From Thermodesulfobacteriota bacterium (GTDB taxonomy: Bacteria > Desulfobacterota_D > UBA1144 > Nemesobacterales > Mycalebacteriaceae): DNA of 64,000 bases. A program made the translations under genes and the position numbers. Of this stretch, positions 49,292 to 59,949 are shown piece after piece (position 1 is the first letter of the stretch; each line of letters starts with the position of its first letter). A model generated the notes under the pieces. The model did no database searches. It had not been told where the DNA came from and worked only from the letters and a program-made list of their open reading frames with translations. The stretch is taken from assembly GCA_965226585.1 (NCBI GenBank), contig OZ245366.1:320001-384000 (forward strand). The letters are read 5' to 3'.

Positions 49292-50421
49292 TGCCAATGT
49301 TCATTACTTATGAAAACAAGAAGTCTGAGAAAGATATTCTCGACAAAACTTCTGGCGTAGGTCTGGATGTTGTTTCCGGGCAAGGGGCGGCAAACAAGCT
49401 TATTCACGCAGACAACCTTCCAACTCTTAAAACTCTACTTGCCGATTATGCTGGGAAAATTGATTTGATTTACATTGACCCCCCATTTGCCACGAACGGA
49501 CATTTCAAAATCAGCAAAGACAGGGCGAATACGGTCAGCTGTTGCAATGGTGATGAAGTGGCGTACAGCGATACCCTTTTAGGAGTGGATTTTCTGGAAT
49601 TTTTGCGTGAAAGGCTGGTACTGTTGCGCGAACTCTTATCCGAACACGGGTCAATTTATCTGCACATTGACTACAAGATAGGGCATTACGTCAAGTTGAT
49701 AATGGATGAGATATTTGGAATCGGTACGTTCCGGAACGATATTACCAGAGTTAAGTGTAATCCGAAGAATTTTAACCGTAAAGCGTATGGAAACATTAAG
49801 GATTTGATACTTTTTTATTCAAAATCTCCTACTCCGAAATGGAATGACCCGCGTATTCCTTTTTCAAAAGAGGATGAGGAACGCTTGTTCAAAAAAACAG
49901 ATGATAACGGGCGGAAATATACGACAATACCGCTTCACGCGCCTGGAGAAACTTCAAGCGGTAAGACGAGCGAGGAGTGGAAAGGTATGAAGCCGCCTAG
50001 GGGAAGGCATTGGCGTACCGACCCGGCGATACTTGAGAAATGGGACAATCAGGGATTGGTTGAGTGGTCGGTAAACGGAGTTCCACGTAAGAAAATCTTT
50101 CTTGATGAGAGGAGAGGTAAGAAAATGCAAGACATTTGGGAATTCAAGGACCCGCAGTATCCGCAGTACCCAACGGAGAAAAGTTTGAATCTTTTGAAAT
50201 TTATTATTGAAGCGTCATCAAACGAAGGAGATTTGGTACTGGATTGTTTTGCGGGTTCGGGAACGACTCTTGTCGCAGCACAATCTCTGAACCGTCATTG
50301 GATAGGAATTGACGAGTCTGAATCGGCGATTAAAGTTATCAAAGAGAGAATAAACGATTTGCCTGCCACTCTTTTTTCACTTGTTGAATATGAGTTTTTG
50401 AGAACAGTACAAATGCCATAG
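49291..50421 (+). CDS. site-specific DNA methyltransferase (N6/N4 amino-MTase, beta-class order)
   Basis: IDLIYIDPPF (motif IV) precedes YPTEK and VLDCFAGSGTT (motif I); TAATG overlap with the endonuclease gene. Confidence 0.92.
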   Translation: MPMFITYENKKSEKDILDKTSGVGLDVVSGQGAANKLIHADNLPTLKTLLADYAGKIDLIYIDPPFATNGHFKISKDRANTVSCCNGDEVAYSDTLLGVDFLEFLRERLVLLRELLSEHGSIYLHIDYKIGHYVKLIMDEIFGIGTFRNDITRVKCNPKNFNRKAYGNIKDLILFYSKSPTPKWNDPRIPFSKEDEERLFKKTDDNGRKYTTIPLHAPGETSSGKTSEEWKGMKPPRGRHWRTDPAILEKWDNQGLVEWSVNGVPRKKIFLDERRGKKMQDIWEFKDPQYPQYPTEKSLNLLKFIIEASSNEGDLVLDCFAGSGTTLVAAQSLNRHWIGIDESESAIKVIKERINDLPATLFSLVEYEFLRTVQMP

Positions 50422-50446
50422 TATTCGACCTGATGACCAAGAAAAA

Positions 50447-50475
50447 TTGACACTTTTCAGGCAGTTAGGTATAGA
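50447..50475 (+). promoter_or_regulatory. sigma70-type promoter for the Panacea operon (TTGACA-17-TATAGA)
   Basis: Perfect TTGACA at 50447-50452, TATAGA at 50470-50475. Confidence 0.55.
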
Positions 50476-50526
50476 ATGTGAGGTAGCGATTGAACTTATT
50501 GTAAGTATGAAAATAGGGGGGTTGCA

Positions 50527-51057
50527 ATGCCGAAATCAACAAAAAAGCTAACCGAACTTCTCTTGTATGTTGCGTCTAAATCTGAAGGAGACGGGAGTTT
50601 TGGAATGACTAAACTCAACAAATTGATGTTTTTTTCAGATTTTTCTCACTACAAAAAGACTGGAAGATCTATTACAGACACCACTTATGTAAGAAACCAT
50701 CGGGGACCCACCATTAAGGATTTACATTTGGTATTGAATGAAATGGAGAGTAATCGTGTTTCTGCGATTAAAGAGACAGATTTTCACGGCTATCCACAGA
50801 AGCGTCTAATTGCACTGAGACGCGCTGACATATCACAGTTTACGGTTGATGAGATAGACACGGTAGGGAGTGTTCTATCACTTCTGAAGGGTCATAATGC
50901 GTCAGAAGTTAGTGAAGCATCCCACGAATTCGTAGGGTGGAGATTTGCCCGTCAGGGTGAGGAAATCCCTTACATGACTATTAATATATGTAGTCCTGAA
51001 CAGGTTGCTGAATCAATGTCAGATGAAGAGTTAAGGCAAGCAAGTGAGTACGACTGA
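50527..51057 (+). CDS. Panacea-domain (DUF4065/SocA-like) antitoxin
   Basis: LLLYV...G.TKLNKLMFFSDF..Y..TG.SIT...Y.R..RGP, then S..SH...W..A..GE.IPY. Confidence 0.85.
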   Translation: MPKSTKKLTELLLYVASKSEGDGSFGMTKLNKLMFFSDFSHYKKTGRSITDTTYVRNHRGPTIKDLHLVLNEMESNRVSAIKETDFHGYPQKRLIALRRADISQFTVDEIDTVGSVLSLLKGHNASEVSEASHEFVGWRFARQGEEIPYMTINICSPEQVAESMSDEELRQASEYD

Positions 51058-51346
51058 TAACCTTTTCAATATAATTGAAACAGGCGAATATAAGAAAAGT
51101 ATCCGGTGCCTGAAAAGAAAGGATCTCTTTGACTCCAAGGGTCTCAAGTTCGCAAGGGATGCTGTCCGGTGGGCGTTGGAGCGCAGTCCGGAGGATTACC
51201 TTGTAGTTAATCCTAAGGCATCCATCCGTTTTATAAGAGTTTGGAACCAAAGAGGAACCACCTCGCTAGGGGTTTTTTACAAAGTTTGTGAGGGAGATGT
51301 GTGCTTACGTGGTGCGTGTGCTACTAAGAAGGAGTGGTTAATGTAG
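51044..51346 (+). CDS. putative toxin, RelE/ParE-like small basic protein
   Basis: 100 aa; GTG start overlaps the Panacea stop by 14 nt; I.ET.EY.KSI..L N-terminus, L...P, IR.IRV and VFYKV....V.L resemble RelE/ParE topology. Confidence 0.5.
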   Translation: MSTTDNLFNIIETGEYKKSIRCLKRKDLFDSKGLKFARDAVRWALERSPEDYLVVNPKASIRFIRVWNQRGTTSLGVFYKVCEGDVCLRGACATKKEWLM

Positions 51347-51359
51347 TCGATGATTTTGC

Positions 51360-51367
51360 CTGTGAGT
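51360..51367 (+). repeat. right copy of 8-bp direct repeat CTGTGAGT (island boundary)
   Basis: c-tgt-gag-tag-tca: in-register copy of the gshA terminal codons followed directly by the ClC stop. Confidence 0.7.
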
Positions 51368-51369
51368 AG

Positions 51370-53070
51370 TCACCCCTCTGCCACCGCGTTATTATACGCT
51401 TCAATCACATCCCTTCGCGACAAAATCCCCACTATTTTTCTTGACCCCTTGGACTCCACAACCGGAAGTATTTCCGCGGGCTTCTGCCCCAGCACTTTTA
51501 CCACATCGTAGAGATTGTCATCGGGGCAGGCGGTTGTTACGTCAAGAGTCGCGAACTCCTTGACGAGCAGAAGGTCTTTCAAATCCTCCTGAAACAGCCA
51601 CTGGCGGAAATCCTGTATTGACACTATCCCCGATAAAAGCCCTTCCGAGTCTACAATCGGAAAGGTTGTGAACCTGCTCTGCGGAATGTCTTCAATCAGT
51701 TTTCTCAACTTGGTGTTCTCGTCAACCGTCTCAATACTCGTTCTCATCACATCTTTCACGCTCAGGGAATGCAGGTTTTCGTTCTCTATCCCGCTTATCT
51801 CAACCCCCTCTTTTTTCAACTCAAGCATGTCCATTGAGCCGCCCGTAAGAGCGCGGGCAAGCGACCAGCTTACAACCGTGCACGCCATCACCGGAACTAT
51901 CACCTGATAACTCTGTGTCAACTCAATTATCAAAAATATGGAAGTCAGAGGGGCGTGCGTGATGGCGGCAAGAAACGCCCCCATGCCCAGAGTTGCGCAA
52001 ACGGACGATATGTTTGGCGGAGCGGAAAAAATACTTGACGCCGCCTTCGCAAAAGCCCCGCCCGCGGCGGCTCCCATGAATATGGCGGGCGCGAACAAAC
52101 CTCCGGGCCACCCGCTGCCGACCGTAACGCAAGTCGCAACCGGCTTCAAAAGAGCCACCGCCGCAAGCCCAAGCAGCGGAGCGTTTCCCTTCAGTATATC
52201 CCTCACGTGCTCGTAGCCGTTTCCAAGAATGTCGGGCGAAGCAAAAGACAGCCCGCCCAGAAGAGCCGCCCCGATGAACAGGCGAATCTTCCTGTCGCCT
52301 ATCTTTGAAAACAGGTCTTCAGTTACGGAAAATATCTTCATAAAACCCGCCGCATTGAAACCGATAACAACCCCCAGCGGCAGGTAGAAAATCATAAGGT
52401 CGCGCATGTTAAACGCTTCGTTCTGAAAACTCGGCATCTCAAAAAGCGGAGTGCTGCCGCCCAGAAAATATGACAGAGCGGTTGCGGTCGCAGATGATAT
52501 GACTATCGGAATAAAAGTTGCCGACCTCAGGTTTCTCAAGAGCACTATCTCTTCAGAAAAAAGCACTCCCGTAATCGGCGCGTTGAAGGTTGCCGCGATT
52601 GCCGCCGCCGTTCCGCACGCTATGAAAGTGCGGATGCCGGTTTTGGACAGACGCACCCGCTCTCCAATCATACTGCCAATCGCCCCGCCCGTTTGGGCGA
52701 TGGGTCCCTCCTGCCCGGCGGAGCCGCCGAAACCCAATGCAACCACAGATCCCGCGGCGCGTGAGATTGCCTCGCGCCCCCTGATAACTCCGCTTCCGAG
52801 GTTTATCCTCTCAACAAATCTCGGAAACCCGAAACCCAGCAGGTCTTTCGGGGAAAACGGCAGTTTTGAAATGACGGCAAGCAAAGCCGCGCCGGCAAAA
52901 AGAGGGATGAAAATTTTTGCCCCGGCTCCCGTAAACGGAGAAACGGCAAAGTGGTAGAGACTTTCATACGAGGTGACAAACAGATGGTTCACCCCGCCCG
53001 CCGCAAGCCCTATCACAAGAGCCCCGGCGATGAGAACGGTCTGCTCGGACAGCAGGCGGTTTTTTTTCAT
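51370..53070 (-). CDS. ClC chloride channel/antiporter with two C-terminal CBS domains
   Basis: GGSAGQEGP, AA.IAATFNAPITG.LFSEE, PGGLFAP, HAPLTS..LI.ELT, CBS pair. Confidence 0.93.
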   Translation of the reverse strand: MKKNRLLSEQTVLIAGALVIGLAAGGVNHLFVTSYESLYHFAVSPFTGAGAKIFIPLFAGAALLAVISKLPFSPKDLLGFGFPRFVERINLGSGVIRGREAISRAAGSVVALGFGGSAGQEGPIAQTGGAIGSMIGERVRLSKTGIRTFIACGTAAAIAATFNAPITGVLFSEEIVLLRNLRSATFIPIVISSATATALSYFLGGSTPLFEMPSFQNEAFNMRDLMIFYLPLGVVIGFNAAGFMKIFSVTEDLFSKIGDRKIRLFIGAALLGGLSFASPDILGNGYEHVRDILKGNAPLLGLAAVALLKPVATCVTVGSGWPGGLFAPAIFMGAAAGGAFAKAASSIFSAPPNISSVCATLGMGAFLAAITHAPLTSIFLIIELTQSYQVIVPVMACTVVSWSLARALTGGSMDMLELKKEGVEISGIENENLHSLSVKDVMRTSIETVDENTKLRKLIEDIPQSRFTTFPIVDSEGLLSGIVSIQDFRQWLFQEDLKDLLLVKEFATLDVTTACPDDNLYDVVKVLGQKPAEILPVVESKGSRKIVGILSRRDVIEAYNNAVAEG

Positions 53071-53158
53071 TCAGCCTCCCCCCGGCATTGACAGCAAAGC
53101 ATCTTGATATGTAGAGTTTGTGCCAAACTTTTCCGCTCGCGCGCTGAAGATAATTCTC

Positions 53159-54454
53159 ATGATACAAGAAACCCTTCCCGGTGTGCCGCAACTGTCAGAA
53201 AGCGGTTTTCTGCTGATTTTATCCCTTGTGCTGCTTGTATCCAAGTTTTTCGCCGAAGTGGCGGAACGCTTCCGGCAGTCGTCCGTTCTGGGCGAACTTG
53301 TGGCGGGTGTTGTTCTGGGCGGCGGAATTCTGGCGGTTATGCCTTCCGGACCGGCGGATTCCGGCTACCACACCTTCTATCTGATTTCCGAACTCGCGGT
53401 TGTTGTTCTTCTGTTTGAAATAGGGCTTGAAACCAAACTCAAAGATATTCTGAAAGTCGGTCCCGTCTCGCTTCTTGTCGCCCTTGTCGGGATTGTCGCG
53501 CCTTTTGCTCTGGGCTTTATTTCGATCTACGCGCTTTCCTCATACAGCATAATGGAGATGCACCTGCTCGAACCGACCGGGCTGTTTCTTGTTGCCGTAA
53601 CCACGGGAGCCACCCTCACGGCAACAAGCGTGGGAATAACGGCGAGGGTGCTTTCAGACATAAAACAGCTGGGCGCGCCCGAGTCAAAGATAATCATCGG
53701 CGCGGCGGTTATAGATGATGTGGTGGGGCTTATAATCCTCAGCCTTGTAAGCGGGCTGATACAGTCGCACGGAGCGGGTGTTGAGAGCGGAATATCAGTT
53801 GCCCAGGTGGCGCTGATTTCGGCAAAGGCGTTTGGTTTTCTTTTCATCGCCGTGGTTGTGGGCAACCTTGTTGTTGAAAAGGTTTTCTCTTTCATAGGAA
53901 ATCTCAAAAGCCGGGGCGCGCTTGTGGTTGCCGCCCTGTCAGTCGCATTTCTCTACGCGTACGCGGGAAAGTATTTTGCGGATGTTGCCCCGATAGTGGG
54001 AGCGTTTGCCGCGGGTCTTGTTATCAGAAAAGCGCCGCAGTTTGAATCCATAGAGCACAGCATCAGAACGGTGTCGGATTTTCTTGTGCCTGTTTTCTTT
54101 GTCGCGGTAGGGGCGCAGGTTGACGTGAGGGTTCTCAATCCGTTCGGAGACGGAAACTCTCAAGTGCTTGCCGTGGCGGTGGGGCTTTTTGTTGTGGCGT
54201 TTATAGGCAAGTACGTAAGCGCGATTGCCGCCTTCGGGTCGGGCATAAGGAGAAACATCGTGGGCATCGGTATGGTTCCGCGCGGCGAGGTGGGATTGAT
54301 TTTTGCGCAGATAGGCTACAATAACGGCAACGGGGTTTTTGACTCAATGTTCTTTTCGGCTATTGTGCTGACCGTTATGCTTACGACCTTCGTGGTACCG
54401 CCCCTTCTGCAGAGAGGCTTTGGAAAAGCGGAGGCGGATGCGGGTTCCGCATGA
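53159..54454 (+). CDS. cation:proton antiporter (CPA2, NapA/KefB-like; start uncertain)
   Basis: VLGELVAG, LLFEIGLE, ATSVGITARVL, GAAVIDDV.GL, GMVPRGEVGLIFA. Confidence 0.92.
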   Translation: MIQETLPGVPQLSESGFLLILSLVLLVSKFFAEVAERFRQSSVLGELVAGVVLGGGILAVMPSGPADSGYHTFYLISELAVVVLLFEIGLETKLKDILKVGPVSLLVALVGIVAPFALGFISIYALSSYSIMEMHLLEPTGLFLVAVTTGATLTATSVGITARVLSDIKQLGAPESKIIIGAAVIDDVVGLIILSLVSGLIQSHGAGVESGISVAQVALISAKAFGFLFIAVVVGNLVVEKVFSFIGNLKSRGALVVAALSVAFLYAYAGKYFADVAPIVGAFAAGLVIRKAPQFESIEHSIRTVSDFLVPVFFVAVGAQVDVRVLNPFGDGNSQVLAVAVGLFVVAFIGKYVSAIAAFGSGIRRNIVGIGMVPRGEVGLIFAQIGYNNGNGVFDSMFFSAIVLTVMLTTFVVPPLLQRGFGKAEADAGSA

Positions 54455-54490
54455 CGATTTTTTTGACGTTCTGTGTTTAGAGAAAAAAAG

Positions 54491-54997
54491 ATGAGACTGT
54501 TTCGGGCATCAGCGTATATTTTCCTCACATTCACAGCCGCCGCGCAAAGCGCGTTTGCGGCGGGCGATTTGATAACCGCAGACAAAACCGTGTTTGTGCA
54601 GTTCGCCATTTTTCTGGTCGCCCTGTATCTGCTGAACATCCTGTTCTTCAGACCGCTTATCTATCTTGCGGATAAAAGGGAGAGCGCGACTTCCGGCTCC
54701 GGCAGAGAGGCGGAGGAGTTGACGGCAAAATCCGAAGAATTAACGGCGCGCTACAACGCGGAGGTTAAAGAGGCGAGAGAGCGGGCGGCTGAGGAAAGGA
54801 CGCTCATCACAAAGGCGGCTATTGAAGAGGCGGACGGCATAGTTTCATCGGCGAGAGAGGAAGCGCGCGCGCTTCTGGACGAGCGCACGGCGGAGCTTTC
54901 CGCAGAGGTTGAAAAGACAAAATCAGAGATGAGTTCCGAAATAGAGGAAATTGCGGTGATGATAACCCGCGCGGCGGGAGGCGGCAAAGATGCTTGA
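54491..54997 (+). CDS. F0 ATP synthase subunit b'
   Basis: TVFVQFAIFLV.LYLLN.LFFRP TM followed by a long helical stalk; first of two b-type genes. Confidence 0.82.
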   Translation: MRLFRASAYIFLTFTAAAQSAFAAGDLITADKTVFVQFAIFLVALYLLNILFFRPLIYLADKRESATSGSGREAEELTAKSEELTARYNAEVKEARERAAEERTLITKAAIEEADGIVSSAREEARALLDERTAELSAEVEKTKSEMSSEIEEIAVMITRAAGGGKDA

Positions 54998-55538
54998 CGC
55001 GGGATTTCTCGCGGCGGCGGGTGAAGCCGCCGGAACGGCGCCGTATTTCAACTGGACATACGTTGGCAAGCACGCGTTCAACCTTGCCGTTCTTATAGGA
55101 ATTCTCTACTATGTTCTCAGGAAACCGGTTTCAGGTTTTCTAAAATCCCGCAGAAAAGAGATGGTGGAAAAGTTTGAGGAATCAGGCAGAAAACTGAACG
55201 AGGCGAAAAAGATATTTGAGCAGTGCTCTGAGAAACTTGACGGCGTTAAAGCCGAGACGGATTCTCTGAAATCCACCATCGCCGCGCAGGCGCAAAACGA
55301 AAGGGAGAACATCATCCGCCGCGCCCGCGCCGAAAAAGAGGCGATACTGAAAGAGACGGCTGAAAGCATTGAGTCCGCCGCCGCGAGGGCGCGCGCTTCG
55401 ATAAGGCGGGAGGCGGTTGCCGCCGCCATGAGCATAGCGGAACGGAAACTGAAAGAGTCCGGGGGCGGAAGCCCGGTTGACATCAAATCTTTTGAGTCTG
55501 CGGTTGAGGAGGGCAAATGGCTTCGGTCGCGAAACTGA
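54990..55538 (+). CDS. atpF: F0 ATP synthase subunit b
   Basis: FNLAVLIGILYYVLRKPV..FL..R TM plus coiled coil. Confidence 0.85.
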   Translation: MLDAGFLAAAGEAAGTAPYFNWTYVGKHAFNLAVLIGILYYVLRKPVSGFLKSRRKEMVEKFEESGRKLNEAKKIFEQCSEKLDGVKAETDSLKSTIAAQAQNERENIIRRARAEKEAILKETAESIESAAARARASIRREAVAAAMSIAERKLKESGGGSPVDIKSFESAVEEGKWLRSRN

Positions 55539-56065
55539 AAGATATGGTTGACGCTCTTGTCTTGTGTTGCGCGGAGTCCGGAGAGTTCTCCGTTGACGAT
55601 TGCGCTGAGGGGCTTGAGAGTTTTTTCTCAAAAGTGGAAGAGGGCGGGCTTTTGAAAAAAGCGCTTGAAAGCCCGGTTGTTGCGGCGGGAGAGAAGGCGG
55701 AAATTTTGCGCGATTTGTGCTCGGCGGCGGAGTTTCCTCCGCTTCTTGCCAACTTCCTTGTTACGGCGGCGGAGTTTGACAAACTGAGAGCCCTGCTTAA
55801 CCGTCGCAGAACGGTTCTGGAATGGATACGCTCTGCGGGAGGAACGGTGAGAGCCACCGTTACGGTTGCTTCCCCGGTCAGCCAGGAGGATGAGCGGCGG
55901 GTGAGGGAAGCGGTGTCGCGGCTTGCGGGCGGCGGGAAATGCGAGGTTGAGTTCGTTCAGGATTCGGAGATAATAGGCGGGATGATTGTGAGGATTGGCA
56001 ACAGCGTTTACGATGACAGCGTTAAAACCCATCTGGACGGAATGCGTTACGAGCTTTCAAAATAG
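55517..56065 (+). CDS. atpH: F1 subunit delta
   Basis: L.SPVV...EK, ATVTVASP, D.EIIGGMIVRIG..VYD.SVK; position between atpF and atpA. Confidence 0.87.
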   Translation: MASVAKLKDMVDALVLCCAESGEFSVDDCAEGLESFFSKVEEGGLLKKALESPVVAAGEKAEILRDLCSAAEFPPLLANFLVTAAEFDKLRALLNRRRTVLEWIRSAGGTVRATVTVASPVSQEDERRVREAVSRLAGGGKCEVEFVQDSEIIGGMIVRIGNSVYDDSVKTHLDGMRYELSK

Positions 56066-56107
56066 GACTTTTTCGCGCGAAACATAAAACTCAAAAAGGA
56101 GAGGAAA

Positions 56108-57637
56108 ATGCAGGAATCGATAAAAGTTGATGATGTTGGCGAGATACTGAAAAAGAGAATCAGCGGTTACGAACGCAAGTTTGAAACCTCTGAGGTTGGA
56201 ACCGTAATCTCAGTTGGGGACGGAATCGCGAGGGTCTACGGTCTTGACAACTCAATGGCGGGGGAACTTGTTGAATTTCCGGGAGGAATCAAAGGGCTGG
56301 TTCTGAACCTTGAGGAAGACAATGTCGGTGTCGCCATTCTCGGTGAAGAGAAAGACATCAAGCAGGGAGATGTTGTCAAGCGCACGGGCGGCATCGCCCG
56401 GATTCCCGTTGGAGACGCCGCGCTCGGAAGAGTTGTGAACTCCCTCGGTGTTCCCGTGGACGGCAAAGGCGATATTCAAACATCCGAAACAAGACCCCTT
56501 GAACTCAAGGCGCCGGGCGTTGTTTTCAGAAAATCCGTTCACGAGCCGCTTCAGACCGGCATAAAAGCCATTGACTCCATGATACCGATAGGCAGAGGAC
56601 AGAGGGAACTCATACTGGGCGACCGGCAGACCGGCAAGACCGCCATTGCAGTTGACACGATAATCAACCAGAAGGGCGAAGATGTTCACTGCATTTACGT
56701 TGCCATCGGTCAGAAAAAATCCAATGTCGTTCAGGTGGTGGACAAGTTGAGAGAACACGGAGCCATGGAGTACACGACCGTTGTTACGGCTTCGGCGAGC
56801 GAGCAGGCGCCGTTTCAGTTTATAGCCCCGTACGCTGGCTGCGCCCTCGGGGAATACTTCAGAGACAGCGGCAGGCACGCCCTTGTTATCTATGACGACC
56901 TTACAAAGCACGCATGGTCATACAGGCAGCTTTCGCTTCTGCTCAAACGCCCGCCCGGGCGCGAGGCGTATCCGGGAGATGTTTTCTACCTTCATTCGCG
57001 CCTTCTTGAGCGCGCGGCAAAGATGAGAGATGAGGACGGCGGCGGCTCGCTCACCGCTCTTCCCATAATTGAAACTCAGGCGGGAGACGTTTCCGCCTAC
57101 ATACCGACAAACGTGATTTCCATTACGGACGGTCAGATATACCTTGAAAGCAACCTTTTCTACTCCGGCGTGAGACCCGCGATTAACGTGGGGCTTTCGG
57201 TTTCAAGGGTTGGCGGCTCGGCGCAGATAAAGGCGATGAAAAAAGTCGCCGGAACTCTGAGGCTTGACCTCGCCCAGTACAGAGAGGTTGAGGCTTTTTC
57301 GCAATTCGCCTCAGACCTTGACAAAATCACACAGAATCAGCTCGCGAGGGGAGTCCGGCTTGTTGAGATTCTCAAGCAGGATCAGTTTGTTCCCCTTCCC
57401 GTTGAAAAGCAGGTCATCTCAATATTTGCCGTCACAAAAGGGTATCTGGACGAACACCCCGTTTCCTCCGTGCGCGCCTATGAGAAAGAGCTGTTCGCGT
57501 TCTTTGAAGCCAAATACAACGGGCTTCTGGAAGAGGTAAGAAACAAAAAGGAGATATCCGAAGAACTTGAGCCGCAAGTGATAAAGGCGCTTGATGAACT
57601 CAAGTTGCAAACGGCTGATTTAACACAGGACGGATAA
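56108..57637 (+). CDS. atpA: F1 subunit alpha
   Basis: [39 protein letters not shown]. Confidence 0.98.
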   Translation: MQESIKVDDVGEILKKRISGYERKFETSEVGTVISVGDGIARVYGLDNSMAGELVEFPGGIKGLVLNLEEDNVGVAILGEEKDIKQGDVVKRTGGIARIPVGDAALGRVVNSLGVPVDGKGDIQTSETRPLELKAPGVVFRKSVHEPLQTGIKAIDSMIPIGRGQRELILGDRQTGKTAIAVDTIINQKGEDVHCIYVAIGQKKSNVVQVVDKLREHGAMEYTTVVTASASEQAPFQFIAPYAGCALGEYFRDSGRHALVIYDDLTKHAWSYRQLSLLLKRPPGREAYPGDVFYLHSRLLERAAKMRDEDGGGSLTALPIIETQAGDVSAYIPTNVISITDGQIYLESNLFYSGVRPAINVGLSVSRVGGSAQIKAMKKVAGTLRLDLAQYREVEAFSQFASDLDKITQNQLARGVRLVEILKQDQFVPLPVEKQVISIFAVTKGYLDEHPVSSVRAYEKELFAFFEAKYNGLLEEVRNKKEISEELEPQVIKALDELKLQTADLTQDG

Positions 57638-57647
57638 GCGACCGCAA

Positions 57648-58523
57648 ATGCCAAGCCTTCAACAGATAAACACGAAGATAACGAGCGTGCGCGGCACAAT
57701 GCGCATCATGAGTGCCATGAAGCTTATCGCGGCGGTGAAACTGCAGAGAGCCCAGTCGCTTCTGAAGGCGCACCGCGACTACGTTTCCGCCTACACGAAA
57801 ATTTCATCAGGCGTTCTCGCCACCTGCGAGCCCGACTCGCATCCGCTCCTTTTCCGTCCCGAAGAGAAAAAGAGGGCGCATGTGGTGTTTCTGACATCGG
57901 ACAGGGGGCTTTGCGGAAACTTCAACAATGTTCTCATAAAGGGTCTTGACGCGATGCTTGAGGAACGCGGGTTTGACAAAGACAACCTGAAGATGACTTT
58001 CCTCGGAAACAAGGGGAGAAACTTCTTTGCCCCGCGCGGGCTTGCTCAGGGCTCATACTACAGCGGAATAAACGAAAGCAACTACACCGAAGTTTCCGAA
58101 GAGCTTTCAACACTGCTTTCAAGAGAGTTCACCGAAAGGGAGACTGATGAGGTGATTGTGGTTCACAGCAATTTCATTTCCGCCCTTTCAAGGGAAACAG
58201 TTTTTGACACTTTTCTTCCAATAGAGTTTCCCCCCGACGAGCAAGACCCGGACGACTGCGTGTTTGAGCCTTCAAAGGAGAAAATAGTTGAAGACCTGAT
58301 ACCGGGATACTTGAGGCTTCGCATGGAGAAAGCGGTTCTGGAATCCCTCACAAGCGAGCACTCGGCGCGCATGACGGCTATGGAAAGCGCCACAAACAAC
58401 GCTGATGAACTTGTAAAAAATCTTACTCTGTTGTTCAACAAAACCAGGCAGGCAATAATAACCACCGAGCTTATGGATATTGTGAACGGAACGGAAGCTT
58501 TAAGAGAAGGAGGAGACGATTAA
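57648..58523 (+). CDS. atpG: F1 subunit gamma
   Basis: TSDRGLCGNFN, SEHSARMTAM..AT.NA, RQA.IT.EL. Confidence 0.96.
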   Translation: MPSLQQINTKITSVRGTMRIMSAMKLIAAVKLQRAQSLLKAHRDYVSAYTKISSGVLATCEPDSHPLLFRPEEKKRAHVVFLTSDRGLCGNFNNVLIKGLDAMLEERGFDKDNLKMTFLGNKGRNFFAPRGLAQGSYYSGINESNYTEVSEELSTLLSREFTERETDEVIVVHSNFISALSRETVFDTFLPIEFPPDEQDPDDCVFEPSKEKIVEDLIPGYLRLRMEKAVLESLTSEHSARMTAMESATNNADELVKNLTLLFNKTRQAIITTELMDIVNGTEALREGGDD

Positions 58524-59927
<1,404 letters not shown>

Positions 59928-59949
59928 CTCGGGAAAAAGGAAAACTGAA

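Larger units (their letters stand above)
48443..51367. mobile_element. AT-rich defence micro-island (type II RM + Panacea TA) inserted at the 3' end of gshA; no integrase inside
   Basis: Composition shift, defence-only gene content, and flanking direct repeats whose collapse restores GGC TGT GAG TAG abutting the ClC stop codon. Confidence 0.7.

Noticed and set aside
48451..51367. Integron cassette or Xer/dif-module interpretation of the RM-TA island
   Set aside because: No attC-like RYYYAAC...GTTRRRY palindromes or XerC/XerD-like 28-bp sites were visible at the boundaries or between genes.
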